The notes beneath the pieces were generated by a model. That model saw only the letters and a list, made by a program, of their open reading frames with translations, had not been told where the DNA came from and did no database searches. The position numbers were made by a program, and so were the translations under genes. Of a stretch of DNA of 64,000 nucleotides, positions 18,343 to 27,650 are shown one piece after another (position 1 is the first letter of the stretch; the number at the start of each line of letters is the position of its first letter). Origin of the DNA: Nanobdellota archaeon (GTDB taxonomy: Archaea; Nanobdellota; Nanobdellia; Pacearchaeales; GW2011-AR1); NCBI GenBank assembly GCA_030641715.1, contig DAOWGX010000018.1, positions 35,752-99,751 of the forward strand, read 5' to 3'.

Positions 18343-21300
18343 TTATTCGTATTTATTTTTTAGATGGAATTTAGTTAATATGTGTAGGCCTTGTAATTCT
18401 TCGATTAGCAACTTGAAAGCGTATGAGACCTCGACGGGTTCAATTTGATTTGAGTGACATAAACTACAAATTTTCTTATTATGAATTTTATCGTCGATAA
18501 CAAGACTTCCGCACTTCGAACAAATATGAACAAGAACTTTGTCTGAATCATAACGTTCTTTTAATAAAAGAGATGCTCCATGTCCTACAAGTGCCTCTTG
18601 TTCCATTTCACCGAGTCTTAAAGCCCCTCCGCGGGATCTTCCTTCAATAGGTTGTCTTGTTAACAGGGCAATTTTACCTGAGGCTCTTGCATGTAATCTA
18701 TCTGCGACCATATATTTTAACTTCAAATAAAACATATTTCCAATAAAAATTTTGACAGGCATTCTTTGTCCATTAATTCCGTTATACATAATCTCTTTAC
18801 CATTCTCTCTGAATCCGAGTTTTTTCAAATTGTTTTCTAATGTGTCGATAGTCTCTCCTGTGAATGCCGAGGCATCGATAATTTTTCCGGAAAGGGCAGC
18901 AACTTTTCCTCCAAGGATATCCATTAAAAAACTTACAGTCATACGAGAAGGAATACCATGGGGATTGAACATGATATCAGGTCGAATACCGTTAACAGTA
19001 AATGGAATATCTGCTTCGGGAGCAACCAATCCGACGATACCTTTCTGACTATGGGGATTTGAAAATTTATCTCCAATTTCTGGGATTCTTAGTTCTCTTG
19101 TTCTAACTTGAACTATTTTGTTACCTTCTTTGTCTTGAGTGATAAAAACAGCATCGACAATCCCCGTTTCTTCTTGACGAATTGCAGAGGAGACTTCCTT
19201 CTTTGTTTGAATAGAAATTTCACGAGCCTCACTTAAAAATTTAGGAGGGCTAAGTTTTCCAATTACTATCTCGCCAGAAACCATTTTGGCTTCGGGATAA
19301 ACGATACCATCGTCCTCTAAGAATCGATAACTTTCTTCTGTTCTATAACCTGAAACATCTTTGTCTGGAATAACAATTTCATCCTTAAGACCTCCTGCGT
19401 AATTTAGTTCTACGGAAACGTATGGTCTAAATCTTGAGCTTCTAGCAAGACCTCTGTCGACGGAACCTTGATTTAAAACGGTAGCATCTTCAATGTTGTA
19501 ACTTTCATAAGGAAGGATTCCAAGGATTACGTTTTGTCCGACGGGATGAACATCCAATGTGTCGTAGATAAAGGTTCGGACTAGAGGTTTTTGAGGATAG
19601 TGTAAAAGTGAAACGTCCGTGTCAATTCTTACTGGAAAATTTCCTGCATAGATACCAAGACCCTGACGGTAAGCTCTCGAACCACCCTTGACCATACGCG
19701 CAGGAGGACTATGGTTTCCGAAAGGGATTAGTGCGACACTAACACCTAAAAGGTCTACGGGGTCAATTTCAAGATGGGTATGTTCCTCGGTCAGATCACT
19801 TTCCTTAAGTGCAATATAGCAATCATCTTCCTCAGCAGCGTCGAGATATTCTAAAATTTTCTCTTTAAATAGACCTTCCCAAGTTAGATTTCCATTTTTA
19901 ACCAATTCTAGATGTTCAGTCTTTAATTTTGCAACACCGTTTTCAACAATAATTAATGGACGAATAACTCTTCCAATTTCAGAATTTATGAAAACTGTAT
20001 CCAAAAATTTATCAAATCTTATAGATATCTCAAGGGGTAATTTGCTTTCTCGACGAGCATTTTTAACATTACTAATAAATGATTTTATCTCTCCGGTAAC
20101 TCCAATAAATCTTCCGTTGTAAAAAATATCGATATCTCCTCCATCTCCTTCTTTTGCAAATTCTTTCAGAAGATTTAAAATTTCCTTGTAATCCATCGAA
20201 GTTCTGGTTGAAATTCTTGCGAGTAAAGCTAAGTTCTTTCTTAGACCAATTTCAGTTCCTTCGGGGGTTTCAATGGGACAGAATCGACCGTAATGAGTTG
20301 GATGAACTGTTCGTGCAGCCAGATTTTCCTGTTCACTTGGAAGAGTTGAAGTTACTCTTTTTAATTGAGCCATAATTGCAAACGAGTTATTCTTGTCCAT
20401 ATTCTGGGTCACGCCGTTTCTCTCGCCAATCCACGAGCCTGTTGCAATTGCACTTTCTATCCGATGCGTGAATAAAGTTGATTTTGCAATTGTCTTAATG
20501 GAAAAAAACTTACGTCTCTTTACAGTTTTTTGTAGAGTATGCTGGACTTCCCGAAGAAGAATGTTCATGTTTACTCTAAACAAATCAGATAGCAGGTCTC
20601 CGGAAAGCCTAACTCTCTTATTTGCATAATGATCTTTATCGGTCATTGAATCTTTTGGGTTTTCCTTTGTTGCGTAAAATTGTTTAATAAATTTGCAGAG
20701 AGTTTTAGCTTTTTCAAGTCGAGTTTCCTTGCTAAGTCCAATATGTGGTAAGAAATAGGAATCTATTCTTTGTTTAACTCTATCGAGCATTTCTTTATTA
20801 GTTCCTTGCAAAGAACTTTTCTCGGCAATCCACATCAGAGCATCATTGATATTTGCAACATCTGTGAATTCATAAAAATTAACAATCAAGCCGTCTGTTT
20901 GTTTCCTAACTAATTTGGCAATCTCTGCATCGCTGGTAAGACCAAGTGCTTTCAATAAAACCATTGCTGGAATGTCTCTAAATCTAGAAAAAGAAATTTC
21001 TAAAATTCCTTCTGGACTTTCGACTAATGAGATGGGAATTTTATAGGCATCCTTTTGAGAAAATAATCTCAACATTAATCTCTTCTTGGTTTTTTGCCAT
21101 TCAATGAAAGTTTGGTTTGATGCTAAGTCTTCTGCCATAACCATAACCCTTTCATTACCATTGATTAAGAAGTAACCTCCGGTGTCTTTGGGATCAATAT
21201 AATTTTTAACTAAATCTTCTTCATTCATTTTGTTAAGATTACAAATCCCGCTTTTAATCATAACAGGAATTCTTCCAAGTTCTACGTTTTCCGTCTCAAT

Positions 21301-21606
21301 TTGTCCTGCATAATTAATGGTCATTCCCATCCAGACGGGGGCTGAATAAGTCAGTTTTCTTAATCTAGCTTCGGCAGGAGTTATTAGTTTTGAAGAACCA
21401 TCGGATTCAACTATATTTGGTTTGCCTACAGAAATTTTTCCTAATTTAATCTCGAAGTCCTCATTAGGTAATGAGTCTGAAAGTTCTGTTATAACTTCTT
21501 GCATTCGAGTTTCAATAAAGTCGTTAAAAGATCTAATATTAGATTCTACTAACGAATGATTTTTTAGAAATTCTTTAACTAAAATATGATTATCCGTTGT
21601 AACCAT
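18343..21606 (-). CDS. rpoB: DNA-directed RNA polymerase subunit B (unsplit)
   Basis: full-length Rpb2-like sequence with C-terminal Zn motif (CSKCGS..CSLCHS); start set to ATG 21606 (MVTTDNH), 1 nt after the rpoH stop. Confidence 0.95.
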   Translation of the reverse strand: MVTTDNHILVKEFLKNHSLVESNIRSFNDFIETRMQEVITELSDSLPNEDFEIKLGKISVGKPNIVESDGSSKLITPAEARLRKLTYSAPVWMGMTINYAGQIETENVELGRIPVMIKSGICNLNKMNEEDLVKNYIDPKDTGGYFLINGNERVMVMAEDLASNQTFIEWQKTKKRLMLRLFSQKDAYKIPISLVESPEGILEISFSRFRDIPAMVLLKALGLTSDAEIAKLVRKQTDGLIVNFYEFTDVANINDALMWIAEKSSLQGTNKEMLDRVKQRIDSYFLPHIGLSKETRLEKAKTLCKFIKQFYATKENPKDSMTDKDHYANKRVRLSGDLLSDLFRVNMNILLREVQHTLQKTVKRRKFFSIKTIAKSTLFTHRIESAIATGSWIGERNGVTQNMDKNNSFAIMAQLKRVTSTLPSEQENLAARTVHPTHYGRFCPIETPEGTEIGLRKNLALLARISTRTSMDYKEILNLLKEFAKEGDGGDIDIFYNGRFIGVTGEIKSFISNVKNARRESKLPLEISIRFDKFLDTVFINSEIGRVIRPLIIVENGVAKLKTEHLELVKNGNLTWEGLFKEKILEYLDAAEEDDCYIALKESDLTEEHTHLEIDPVDLLGVSVALIPFGNHSPPARMVKGGSRAYRQGLGIYAGNFPVRIDTDVSLLHYPQKPLVRTFIYDTLDVHPVGQNVILGILPYESYNIEDATVLNQGSVDRGLARSSRFRPYVSVELNYAGGLKDEIVIPDKDVSGYRTEESYRFLEDDGIVYPEAKMVSGEIVIGKLSPPKFLSEAREISIQTKKEVSSAIRQEETGIVDAVFITQDKEGNKIVQVRTRELRIPEIGDKFSNPHSQKGIVGLVAPEADIPFTVNGIRPDIMFNPHGIPSRMTVSFLMDILGGKVAALSGKIIDASAFTGETIDTLENNLKKLGFRENGKEIMYNGINGQRMPVKIFIGNMFYLKLKYMVADRLHARASGKIALLTRQPIEGRSRGGALRLGEMEQEALVGHGASLLLKERYDSDKVLVHICSKCGSLVIDDKIHNKKICSLCHSNQIEPVEVSYAFKLLIEELQGLHILTKFHLKNKYE

Positions 21607-21607
21607 T

Positions 21608-21811
21608 TTAAATGACCACCCTAAAGTATATTTCAGCGACGTCACCTTTTCGCTCGATTTTTACAATATCTCCCGTCTCGCATCCTTCTGGAAGGGCAGG
21701 ATCTTTTTTAGAAATTTTAGGTAGTTGTGCTAACGCAATATTATGCTTCGCTAAAATTTCTTCGGTTTCGTCGGAGTTCAGCTTTGTGTGCTTCGGTTGG
21801 AGGGCGTGCAT
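21608..21811 (-). CDS. rpoH: DNA-directed RNA polymerase subunit H (Rpb5 C-domain)
   Basis: 67 aa; HxLVPKH-like N-terminus (HALQPKHTKL), GDIVKIER block; sits upstream of rpoB. Confidence 0.85.
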   Translation of the reverse strand: MHALQPKHTKLNSDETEEILAKHNIALAQLPKISKKDPALPEGCETGDIVKIERKGDVAEIYFRVVI

Positions 21812-21942
21812 TTCTACTTTTAGAATATAAATTTTTAGATAGAAAAAATATCAAAAATAGCTTTAAAAACTTTTTGCTTTTGCTATTTTAGAGTGGTTCG
21901 GGCAAATATGGGGATTATTATTTCTTTTCAAATCCACAAGTT

Positions 21943-21952
21943 TTTAAATGAA
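21943..21952 (+). promoter_or_regulatory. TATA box positioned for a TSS at 21973 (first base of the truncated tRNA-Lys copy)
   Basis: tttaaatgaa centred 25.5 nt upstream of 21973; no comparable TATA lies upstream of the full tRNA at 22048. Confidence 0.5.
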
Positions 21953-21970
21953 ATTATCCCAATTAAATTA

Positions 21971-21996
21971 ATGGCTCCGTAGCTCAGTCTGGTTAG
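21971..21996 (+). repeat. orphan copy of the tRNA-Lys 5' part (acceptor 5' strand to D-loop)
   Basis: atGGCTCCGTAGCTCAGtCTGGTTAG, 25/26 identical to 22046-22071; no matching 3' half follows. Confidence 0.8.
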
Positions 21997-22047
21997 TCGC
22001 TTCGCTCTCGAGCAAGCTCGAAACCAGCCGTGAGTTCTGTTGCTATA

Positions 22048-22122
22048 TGGCTCCGTAGCTCAGCCTGGTTAGAGCACTGGACTTTTAATCCAGGTGTCGG
22101 GGGTTCAAATCCCCTCGGGGCC
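22048..22122 (+). tRNA. tRNA-Lys (anticodon UUU)
   Basis: hand-folded cloverleaf: 7-bp acceptor, GCTC/GAGC D stem, CTGGA/TCCAG anticodon stem, loop CTTTTAA, GGGGG/CCCCT T stem, GTTCAAATC T loop; no encoded CCA. Confidence 0.93.
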
Positions 22123-22188
22123 ATTTGATTTGAAGTATAATTAACTGAGATTATATAGTTTTAAATAATCTAGTTTATGTTGTTTTTT

Positions 22189-22596
22189 ATGTCCTACAAA
22201 TTTTTAAACCACACGGCAGACGTGAAATTCAAAGTTGAAAGTTCAACCATCGAAGAGTTATTTAGTTTGGCAGTTGATGCCTTAAACGAAACTATTCGTG
22301 GGGATATTAAGATTCTGGAGCAAGGAGAGAAAAATTTTGAAGTTAAGGGAAAAGATTTAGAAGAACTACTTTATAATTTTTTAGAAGAGTTTTTATTTTT
22401 ATTAGACGCTGAAGATTTTCTGGCATCAAGAATCAAATCTCTTGAGATTAAGGATGATAATTTAAAATGTGTTGTCGTCGGAGATAAGGCCGAGAATTAT
22501 AAATTCACCAACGATGTTAAGGCTGTGACTTATAACGGGATGTTTGTTAGGGAAAAGGATGGTACTTTTGTTTGTGAGGTAGTTTTGGATGTATAA
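22189..22596 (+). CDS. archease (RtcB activator)
   Basis: MSYKFLNHTADVKFKV N-terminus typical of archease; start ATG 22189 fits the TATA at 22158-22167. Confidence 0.85.
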   Translation: MSYKFLNHTADVKFKVESSTIEELFSLAVDALNETIRGDIKILEQGEKNFEVKGKDLEELLYNFLEEFLFLLDAEDFLASRIKSLEIKDDNLKCVVVGDKAENYKFTNDVKAVTYNGMFVREKDGTFVCEVVLDV

Positions 22597-24007
22597 GGAA
22601 ATGTTAAGGAAAATATCTGAAACGGAATATGAATTGCCTAAAGTCGGCAAGATGAATGTTCCAGGGAGGTTGTTTTTGTCTGAGGAATTATTGAAGGATG
22701 TCGAGGAGAATTCTCTTAAGCAGGTCGCTAATGTTGCGATGTTACCAGGAATTTTGAAGTGTTCTATTGGACTTAGTGATATGCATTTGGGGTACGGTTT
22801 TCCTATTGGCGGCGTCGCTGCTTTCGATGTTGAAACGGGAATTATCAGTCCTGGTGGCGTTGGTTATGATATTAATTGTTCGGTTCGTTTGTTGAAGACG
22901 AATTTGAAAATTGGGGATTTGAAAGGAAGGGAAAGAGAAATTGCGCATTCTTTGTTTCGGGCGGTTCCTTCTGGCGTCGGTCGGGGCGGAAAGTTAAGTT
23001 TAAACAATAAAGAATTAGGGGAGGTTTTGATTAAGGGGGCGCAGTGGGCTGTTGAGAAAGGTTATGGTGGGAAGGAGGATTGTCTGCATATTGAGGAGAA
23101 CGGGAAGATGAAGAATGCTAATCCGTCGTCGGTGTCACAAAGAGCGAAGAGTCGAGGTATGCCCCAATTAGGCTCACTCGGTGCCGGTAACCATTTCTTA
23201 GATATATTAACCGTCGATGAAATTTTTGATGAAGGTGTTGCGAAAGTTTTTGGGCTGAAGAAAGGGCAGGTTGTGATTATGATTCATTGCGGTTCGCGAG
23301 GGCTTGGGCATCAGGTGGCGTCGGATTATATTAAGTTGATGGAGGAAGAATATGGGTATCCTGATTTTGACAGGGAGTTGGTGAATGCTCCGATTAAGTC
23401 GGAGCTTGGACAGAAGTATTTGTCAGCGATGGCATGTGCTGCGAATTTTGCGTTTGCGAATAAGCAGTTGATTACTCATTGGATTCGAGAAAACATGAAA
23501 CATTATTTTCCTAATTTCAAGGCGGAAGTTGTTTATGATATTTGTCACAATATTGCGAAGTTTGAGAAGCATGTTATCGACGGGAAAGAGAAGGAAGTTT
23601 TGGTTATGAGGAAGGGGGCGACGAGGTCGTTTGGTCCTGGTCGGGAAGAAATTTCGGAAGATTATAGGGGGGTTGGTCAGCCAGTTTTGATTCCGGGTTC
23701 GATGGGGACTGCGAGTTATGTTTTGTGCGGGACGAAAAAGGCAGAAGAGATTTCGTTTGGCTCGACGGCACATGGTGCTGGTCGAGTAAAAAGTCGAACT
23801 CAAGCACATAAGGATATGACTTTTGACGAGGCGAAGAAGGATATGGAACAGCGAGGGGTTTTTGTGGAGTTCGGCGGGAAGAAGGGTTTGGTCGAGGAGT
23901 CACCGTTTTCTTATAAGAATATTGAAGAGGTTGTTCGGGTCTCTCACGAGGCGGGGATTGGGAAAAGGGTTGCAAAGTTGAAACCTGTTTTGGTTGTTAT
24001 TGGATAG
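22589..24007 (+). CDS. rtcB: RNA-splicing ligase RtcB
   Basis: conserved blocks GYDINCSVR, GAGNHF, HCGSRGLGHQ, HGAGR; overlaps the archease stop. Confidence 0.95.
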   Translation: MYKEMLRKISETEYELPKVGKMNVPGRLFLSEELLKDVEENSLKQVANVAMLPGILKCSIGLSDMHLGYGFPIGGVAAFDVETGIISPGGVGYDINCSVRLLKTNLKIGDLKGREREIAHSLFRAVPSGVGRGGKLSLNNKELGEVLIKGAQWAVEKGYGGKEDCLHIEENGKMKNANPSSVSQRAKSRGMPQLGSLGAGNHFLDILTVDEIFDEGVAKVFGLKKGQVVIMIHCGSRGLGHQVASDYIKLMEEEYGYPDFDRELVNAPIKSELGQKYLSAMACAANFAFANKQLITHWIRENMKHYFPNFKAEVVYDICHNIAKFEKHVIDGKEKEVLVMRKGATRSFGPGREEISEDYRGVGQPVLIPGSMGTASYVLCGTKKAEEISFGSTAHGAGRVKSRTQAHKDMTFDEAKKDMEQRGVFVEFGGKKGLVEESPFSYKNIEEVVRVSHEAGIGKRVAKLKPVLVVIG

Positions 24008-24127
24008 TTTTTTAATTAAGATTGGAGGTTTTTTTACGGAAAGATCTATATGGCTCGGGGGATATTCTATTGTGAATGAAATCGTTTGAGAGACAATATT
24101 TATAAAGTTGTTTTCTTGTTACAAAGT

Positions 24128-25942
24128 ATGAAAAAAGGGATGTTAGTTTTAATTGTTGGGATTTTGATGATTGGGGTTGTTAGTGCATCTGTAAATATGG
24201 TGCAGCAATCAGGGACTACAGAGACGTGTACTTATACAACTGCTTCGGGGGGGACTGCTAGTGTTTTAGGAAATTGTGCTAAAACATCTGATGGGAATTT
24301 TGGAACTTATTATGGAGTTGAGCACGAATATATCAACCATGATGGTACTGGTGCATGTTCATTAACGGGTGAATATCTGTGGGGCAGTGTTGAAAAAATA
24401 AATAATATAGAATTTAAGGTTTATAGTCGTGCTCTTCCAGATGGAAATTATGCATGGTCAAAGATTACGTTAGTCGTTTATGTTAAACAAGGAGGTAGCT
24501 GGAATCAAGTTTATACTGATACTATTAATGGGGGTAATTGGGAAGATGGGAGTTGGCTTGACAGAACGATACAGCAAAGTTTAACTAGTGGATGGGAAGG
24601 CGTTAGTGGTGTAAAGATAGATTGTTCTGCTGGTGCCTATAGTTATGAGGGAAATGGTTATCAAGGAACTAAATGTTATATTTATGAACTCCAGGCTTGG
24701 ACACCTCCTTGTGAGTGTTCATTAGGAACTTGTTGCTCCGATGGATGCAACTACGATGCTGCCGGGACGGTCTGTGACGATACGGACCATTGTTCGGGAG
24801 AGACTTGGTATACAGGGTATGGCTGTGATGGTGCAGGATCGTGTACAACAGATTATGGTTCTCAAGACAAAGATAACGACGAGAGTTATTGTATTTCTAT
24901 TGCAAGTGGTTGTACCCCTAGAGGATGGGCGTTAGGTGGAGAGGTTGCACAAACGACTTGCTGTGGTGACGATGCTGGAGAATTTCAGGATGGCGCAGGA
25001 AGTTGCGATGGGACACATGCTTGTTGTGATTCGGTTTCGGATGTTGTCAAGGGAGGGGATTGTGTTTCGGAGTGTATCAACCTCCAATGGGAGAATTTAG
25101 ACGGTGAGGGGATAACTTCTGCAAATTTAGGAGATACTATAAGATTGGTTTTAAATGGTGAGGAGTCTGTAGATTTTAGTATCTACGAGGAAGATGAGCT
25201 TCTTAATCCTGATGATTATATTAGGACTATGAATAGTACAGAAGAAGACGGTGAAGTCGTGGCTTACTGGACGATAACTGAAGAAGATTTAGAACTAACA
25301 GAGGATTATGATGATTTTTATTTTGAAGTTGATAGTGGAAAGAAAAGCGGTTCTTTGAGTATTTCGAAAAGCTATAGTAATACACCTATGGCGGTTCAAA
25401 TTAGTTCGCCTATCTGTGGTGAATATTTTAATGCAGGTTCTGGCGAAGTTAATATCGTTGTTAGTGCTACGGATGCCGATGATTTTATTGAGGGATACTT
25501 AAGTGTTAATGGTCTCCAGATTACAACTTTTGGAAATCAAGGTGTGACGGCAGGTTATGTTTTCTCTGAGGGGGGTAATTATAAGATTGTCGCTGAGGGG
25601 ATAAATAGTCGAGGTCAGAAGAAAAGAGTTATTTCGAATGTGATGGTAATCGATACGACTGTCGACGGTGAGTATGTTGCGGCGTGTATCTTGAAACCAA
25701 AGGATTATAGTGATATCCCTACAAGTTATGTTGAGTTTGATGCGTCGAATAGTCGAGGGATTAGATATAGCACGGCGACGGGAATTTCGGAAATTGATCC
25801 GAGCGATTTAAGTTTTGATTGGTTTTTCAGCGACGGCAGAACGAATCCGTATCCTTCTGGAAATGAATTGTCGTATCGTTTTTTCAAAAACTTTTATTCT
25901 GTAGGAAATAATTGGGCAACATTGCAAGTGTCTATGATTTAA
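24128..25942 (+). CDS. secreted Cys-rich surface protein with Ig/PKD-like C-terminal repeats
   Basis: signal/anchor MKKGMLVLIVGILMIGVVSASV; Cys-rich central module (~aa 210-320 of the ORF); PKD-like FDASNSRG..FDWFFSDG. Start ATG 24128 fits the TATA at 24098-24107. Confidence 0.6.
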   Translation: MKKGMLVLIVGILMIGVVSASVNMVQQSGTTETCTYTTASGGTASVLGNCAKTSDGNFGTYYGVEHEYINHDGTGACSLTGEYLWGSVEKINNIEFKVYSRALPDGNYAWSKITLVVYVKQGGSWNQVYTDTINGGNWEDGSWLDRTIQQSLTSGWEGVSGVKIDCSAGAYSYEGNGYQGTKCYIYELQAWTPPCECSLGTCCSDGCNYDAAGTVCDDTDHCSGETWYTGYGCDGAGSCTTDYGSQDKDNDESYCISIASGCTPRGWALGGEVAQTTCCGDDAGEFQDGAGSCDGTHACCDSVSDVVKGGDCVSECINLQWENLDGEGITSANLGDTIRLVLNGEESVDFSIYEEDELLNPDDYIRTMNSTEEDGEVVAYWTITEEDLELTEDYDDFYFEVDSGKKSGSLSISKSYSNTPMAVQISSPICGEYFNAGSGEVNIVVSATDADDFIEGYLSVNGLQITTFGNQGVTAGYVFSEGGNYKIVAEGINSRGQKKRVISNVMVIDTTVDGEYVAACILKPKDYSDIPTSYVEFDASNSRGIRYSTATGISEIDPSDLSFDWFFSDGRTNPYPSGNELSYRFFKNFYSVGNNWATLQVSMI

Positions 25943-25957
25943 TATTGGTAGGGGTAG

Positions 25958-25967
25958 ATTTATAAAT
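25958..25967 (+). promoter_or_regulatory. TATA box of pilin gene 1
   Basis: atttataaat centred 25.5 nt upstream of ATG 25988. Confidence 0.5.
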
Positions 25968-25987
25968 TCTAATTGTGAAATAAGACT

Positions 25988-26449
25988 ATGAAAAAGAGAG
26001 GATTATCCCCTGTGATTGCTACCGTTTTTTTAATTTTGTTGGTGCTTGTTTTGGCAGCTTTGATTTTTTTATGGGCTAGGGGTTTTATTAGTGAACAAAT
26101 TGAAAAGTTTGGACAACCGGTTGATAATCTTTGTAAGCAGGTTGATTTCGAGGTACAGGTGGTTTCGGGGGATATTGGCGAAGATGCATTAGAGGTTGTT
26201 AATAGGGGGGATATAGATATTTTCTATTTAGATATCAAAATGTTCAAGGAAGGTAATTCTGAGATTAGTAGGTTTAAATTTAAAATTGATGCTGGACAAT
26301 CAATAAAGAAAGATCTTTATTTGAAGATGGAGGATGGAAGTCTTCCTGAGAAGATTGAAATTTATCCGGCGCTGTTAGGGAGTGTTAAAGGGAAAGATTC
26401 AAATAAGGTCTTTACATGTAAAGATGTAAGTAAGATTATACAAATGTAA
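25988..26449 (+). CDS. archaeal type IV pilin-like protein (class III signal peptide, Pilin_N/DUF1628-like)
   Basis: MKKRGLSPVIATVFLILLVLVLAALIF N-terminus. Confidence 0.7.
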   Translation: MKKRGLSPVIATVFLILLVLVLAALIFLWARGFISEQIEKFGQPVDNLCKQVDFEVQVVSGDIGEDALEVVNRGDIDIFYLDIKMFKEGNSEISRFKFKIDAGQSIKKDLYLKMEDGSLPEKIEIYPALLGSVKGKDSNKVFTCKDVSKIIQM

Positions 26450-26497
26450 TTTGGTTAATTAGTGATACTAAATATCATTGAAAGGGGGTTAAAATAT

Positions 26498-26989
26498 ATG
26501 AATAATAAAATGAATAAAAAGGGTATAAGTGCTGTTGTTGCTACGGTTTTAATAATTTTGATTACTGTCGCTGCGATTACTATTGTTTGGGCAGCTATTA
26601 TCCCTATGATTAATAATCAACTTGACCAGGGAACTCTTTGTTTGGATGCAGTTTCACAGCTATCTATTATGGACGAAGGTTGGACTTGTGTTGATACTCC
26701 AAACAATGAGCTTTCATTACAGATTAAAAAAGGTCCTAAGAATTTTGAATTGGCGGATATACAAGTTTTGATCTCTTCTGGAGGAAATGTTGAATCTGTT
26801 AGTCTATTAGATACATACACTTTAGCTGATCTTCCAGGTTCTAATGAAGAAAAAGTATTTGTTCTAGATGTAACTGCAATCTTAGCAGCTGGAACTATAG
26901 ATAGTGTCAGGATTGCACCTATCTTAAAAATTGGAAATACTGAAGAATCTTGTAGTGTCTCTTCAACAAAAACATTATTAGAATGTTAG
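26498..26989 (+). CDS. archaeal type IV pilin-like protein
   Basis: MNNKMNKKGISAVVATVLIILITVAAITIVW; start 26498 fits the TATA near 26467-26476. Confidence 0.7.
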   Translation: MNNKMNKKGISAVVATVLIILITVAAITIVWAAIIPMINNQLDQGTLCLDAVSQLSIMDEGWTCVDTPNNELSLQIKKGPKNFELADIQVLISSGGNVESVSLLDTYTLADLPGSNEEKVFVLDVTAILAAGTIDSVRIAPILKIGNTEESCSVSSTKTLLEC

Positions 26990-27005
26990 TTTAGTTTATT
27001 TTTCT

Positions 27006-27033
27006 CGGCTCTTCGGGGCCGTTTAGTTTTTTT
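27006..27033 (+). terminator. UUCG-capped hairpin + T-tract
   Basis: CGGCTC-TTCG-GGGCCG (27006-27021) followed by tttagttttttt. Confidence 0.5.
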
Positions 27034-27075
27034 ATCAATGGGTAGATATATAAAGAATATTTTTGTTTTATCTAT

Positions 27076-27606
27076 ATGAGGCGATTGATTAGTAAACGTG
27101 GACAGATTTGGGTTGAGACTGTGATTTATACGTTGATTGGTCTTGCGATAATTGGAATTGTTTTGGCGGCTGCGAAACCGAAGATTGATGCGAAGAAGGA
27201 TGAGATTATTATTGAGCAGGCGATTGAATCATTAGGAAATATTAACGATAAAATCTATGAGGTTCAACGAGCTGCAGGAAACCGTCGTGGCGTTCAGTTA
27301 ACTGTTGGAAAGGGGAAGTTTATTGTTGATATGTCGGGAGATAAAATTTCTTGGGTGCTTGAATCAAGTTTTGAATATAGTGAAAAGGATGTTGTTGTAT
27401 CGTTGGGAAGCCTAGAAGTTTTGACGAGGGAGTCTACACCGTGGGAAGTTACGCTTGAGGAGGACTATGCGGTGGATATTCAGTTTGAAGGACAGAATAC
27501 CGGGACAAGGGAATTAGATGTCGCAGCGACTCCGTATGAGCTAATTATCGAAAACAAAGGTATGGATTCCGAGGGGAATCTTGTTGTTGATTTGAGTGTA
27601 GCTTAG
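27076..27606 (+). CDS. pilin-like protein with class III signal peptide
   Basis: MRRLISKRGQ/IWVETVIYTLIGLAIIGIVLAA (KRGQ-type prepilin cleavage context); TATA 27045-27054. Confidence 0.6.
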   Translation: MRRLISKRGQIWVETVIYTLIGLAIIGIVLAAAKPKIDAKKDEIIIEQAIESLGNINDKIYEVQRAAGNRRGVQLTVGKGKFIVDMSGDKISWVLESSFEYSEKDVVVSLGSLEVLTRESTPWEVTLEEDYAVDIQFEGQNTGTRELDVAATPYELIIENKGMDSEGNLVVDLSVA

Positions 27607-27650
27607 TTTTTCTCATAACATTAATAAATGAAAGTTTCTTTGTTCGGGGT

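Noticed and set aside
21973-22122. Reading the whole 150 nt as one tRNA-Lys gene with a 75-nt non-canonical intron, or as a Nanoarchaeum-style split tRNA half
   Set aside because: I could not form a bulge-helix-bulge at either boundary by hand; only a 6-bp CUGGUU/AACCAG helix forms. The downstream copy is already a complete, well-folding tRNA. The idea is kept only as an alternative under the finding.
24046-24056. An 11-mer ctatatggctc, identical to the junction upstream of tRNA-Lys (22043-22053), lies after rtcB. This would hint that archease-rtcB is a T-flanked cassette
   Set aside because: It is a single short AT-rich match followed by an only superficially tRNA-like cgggg. It is not distinguishable from chance without a genome-wide test.
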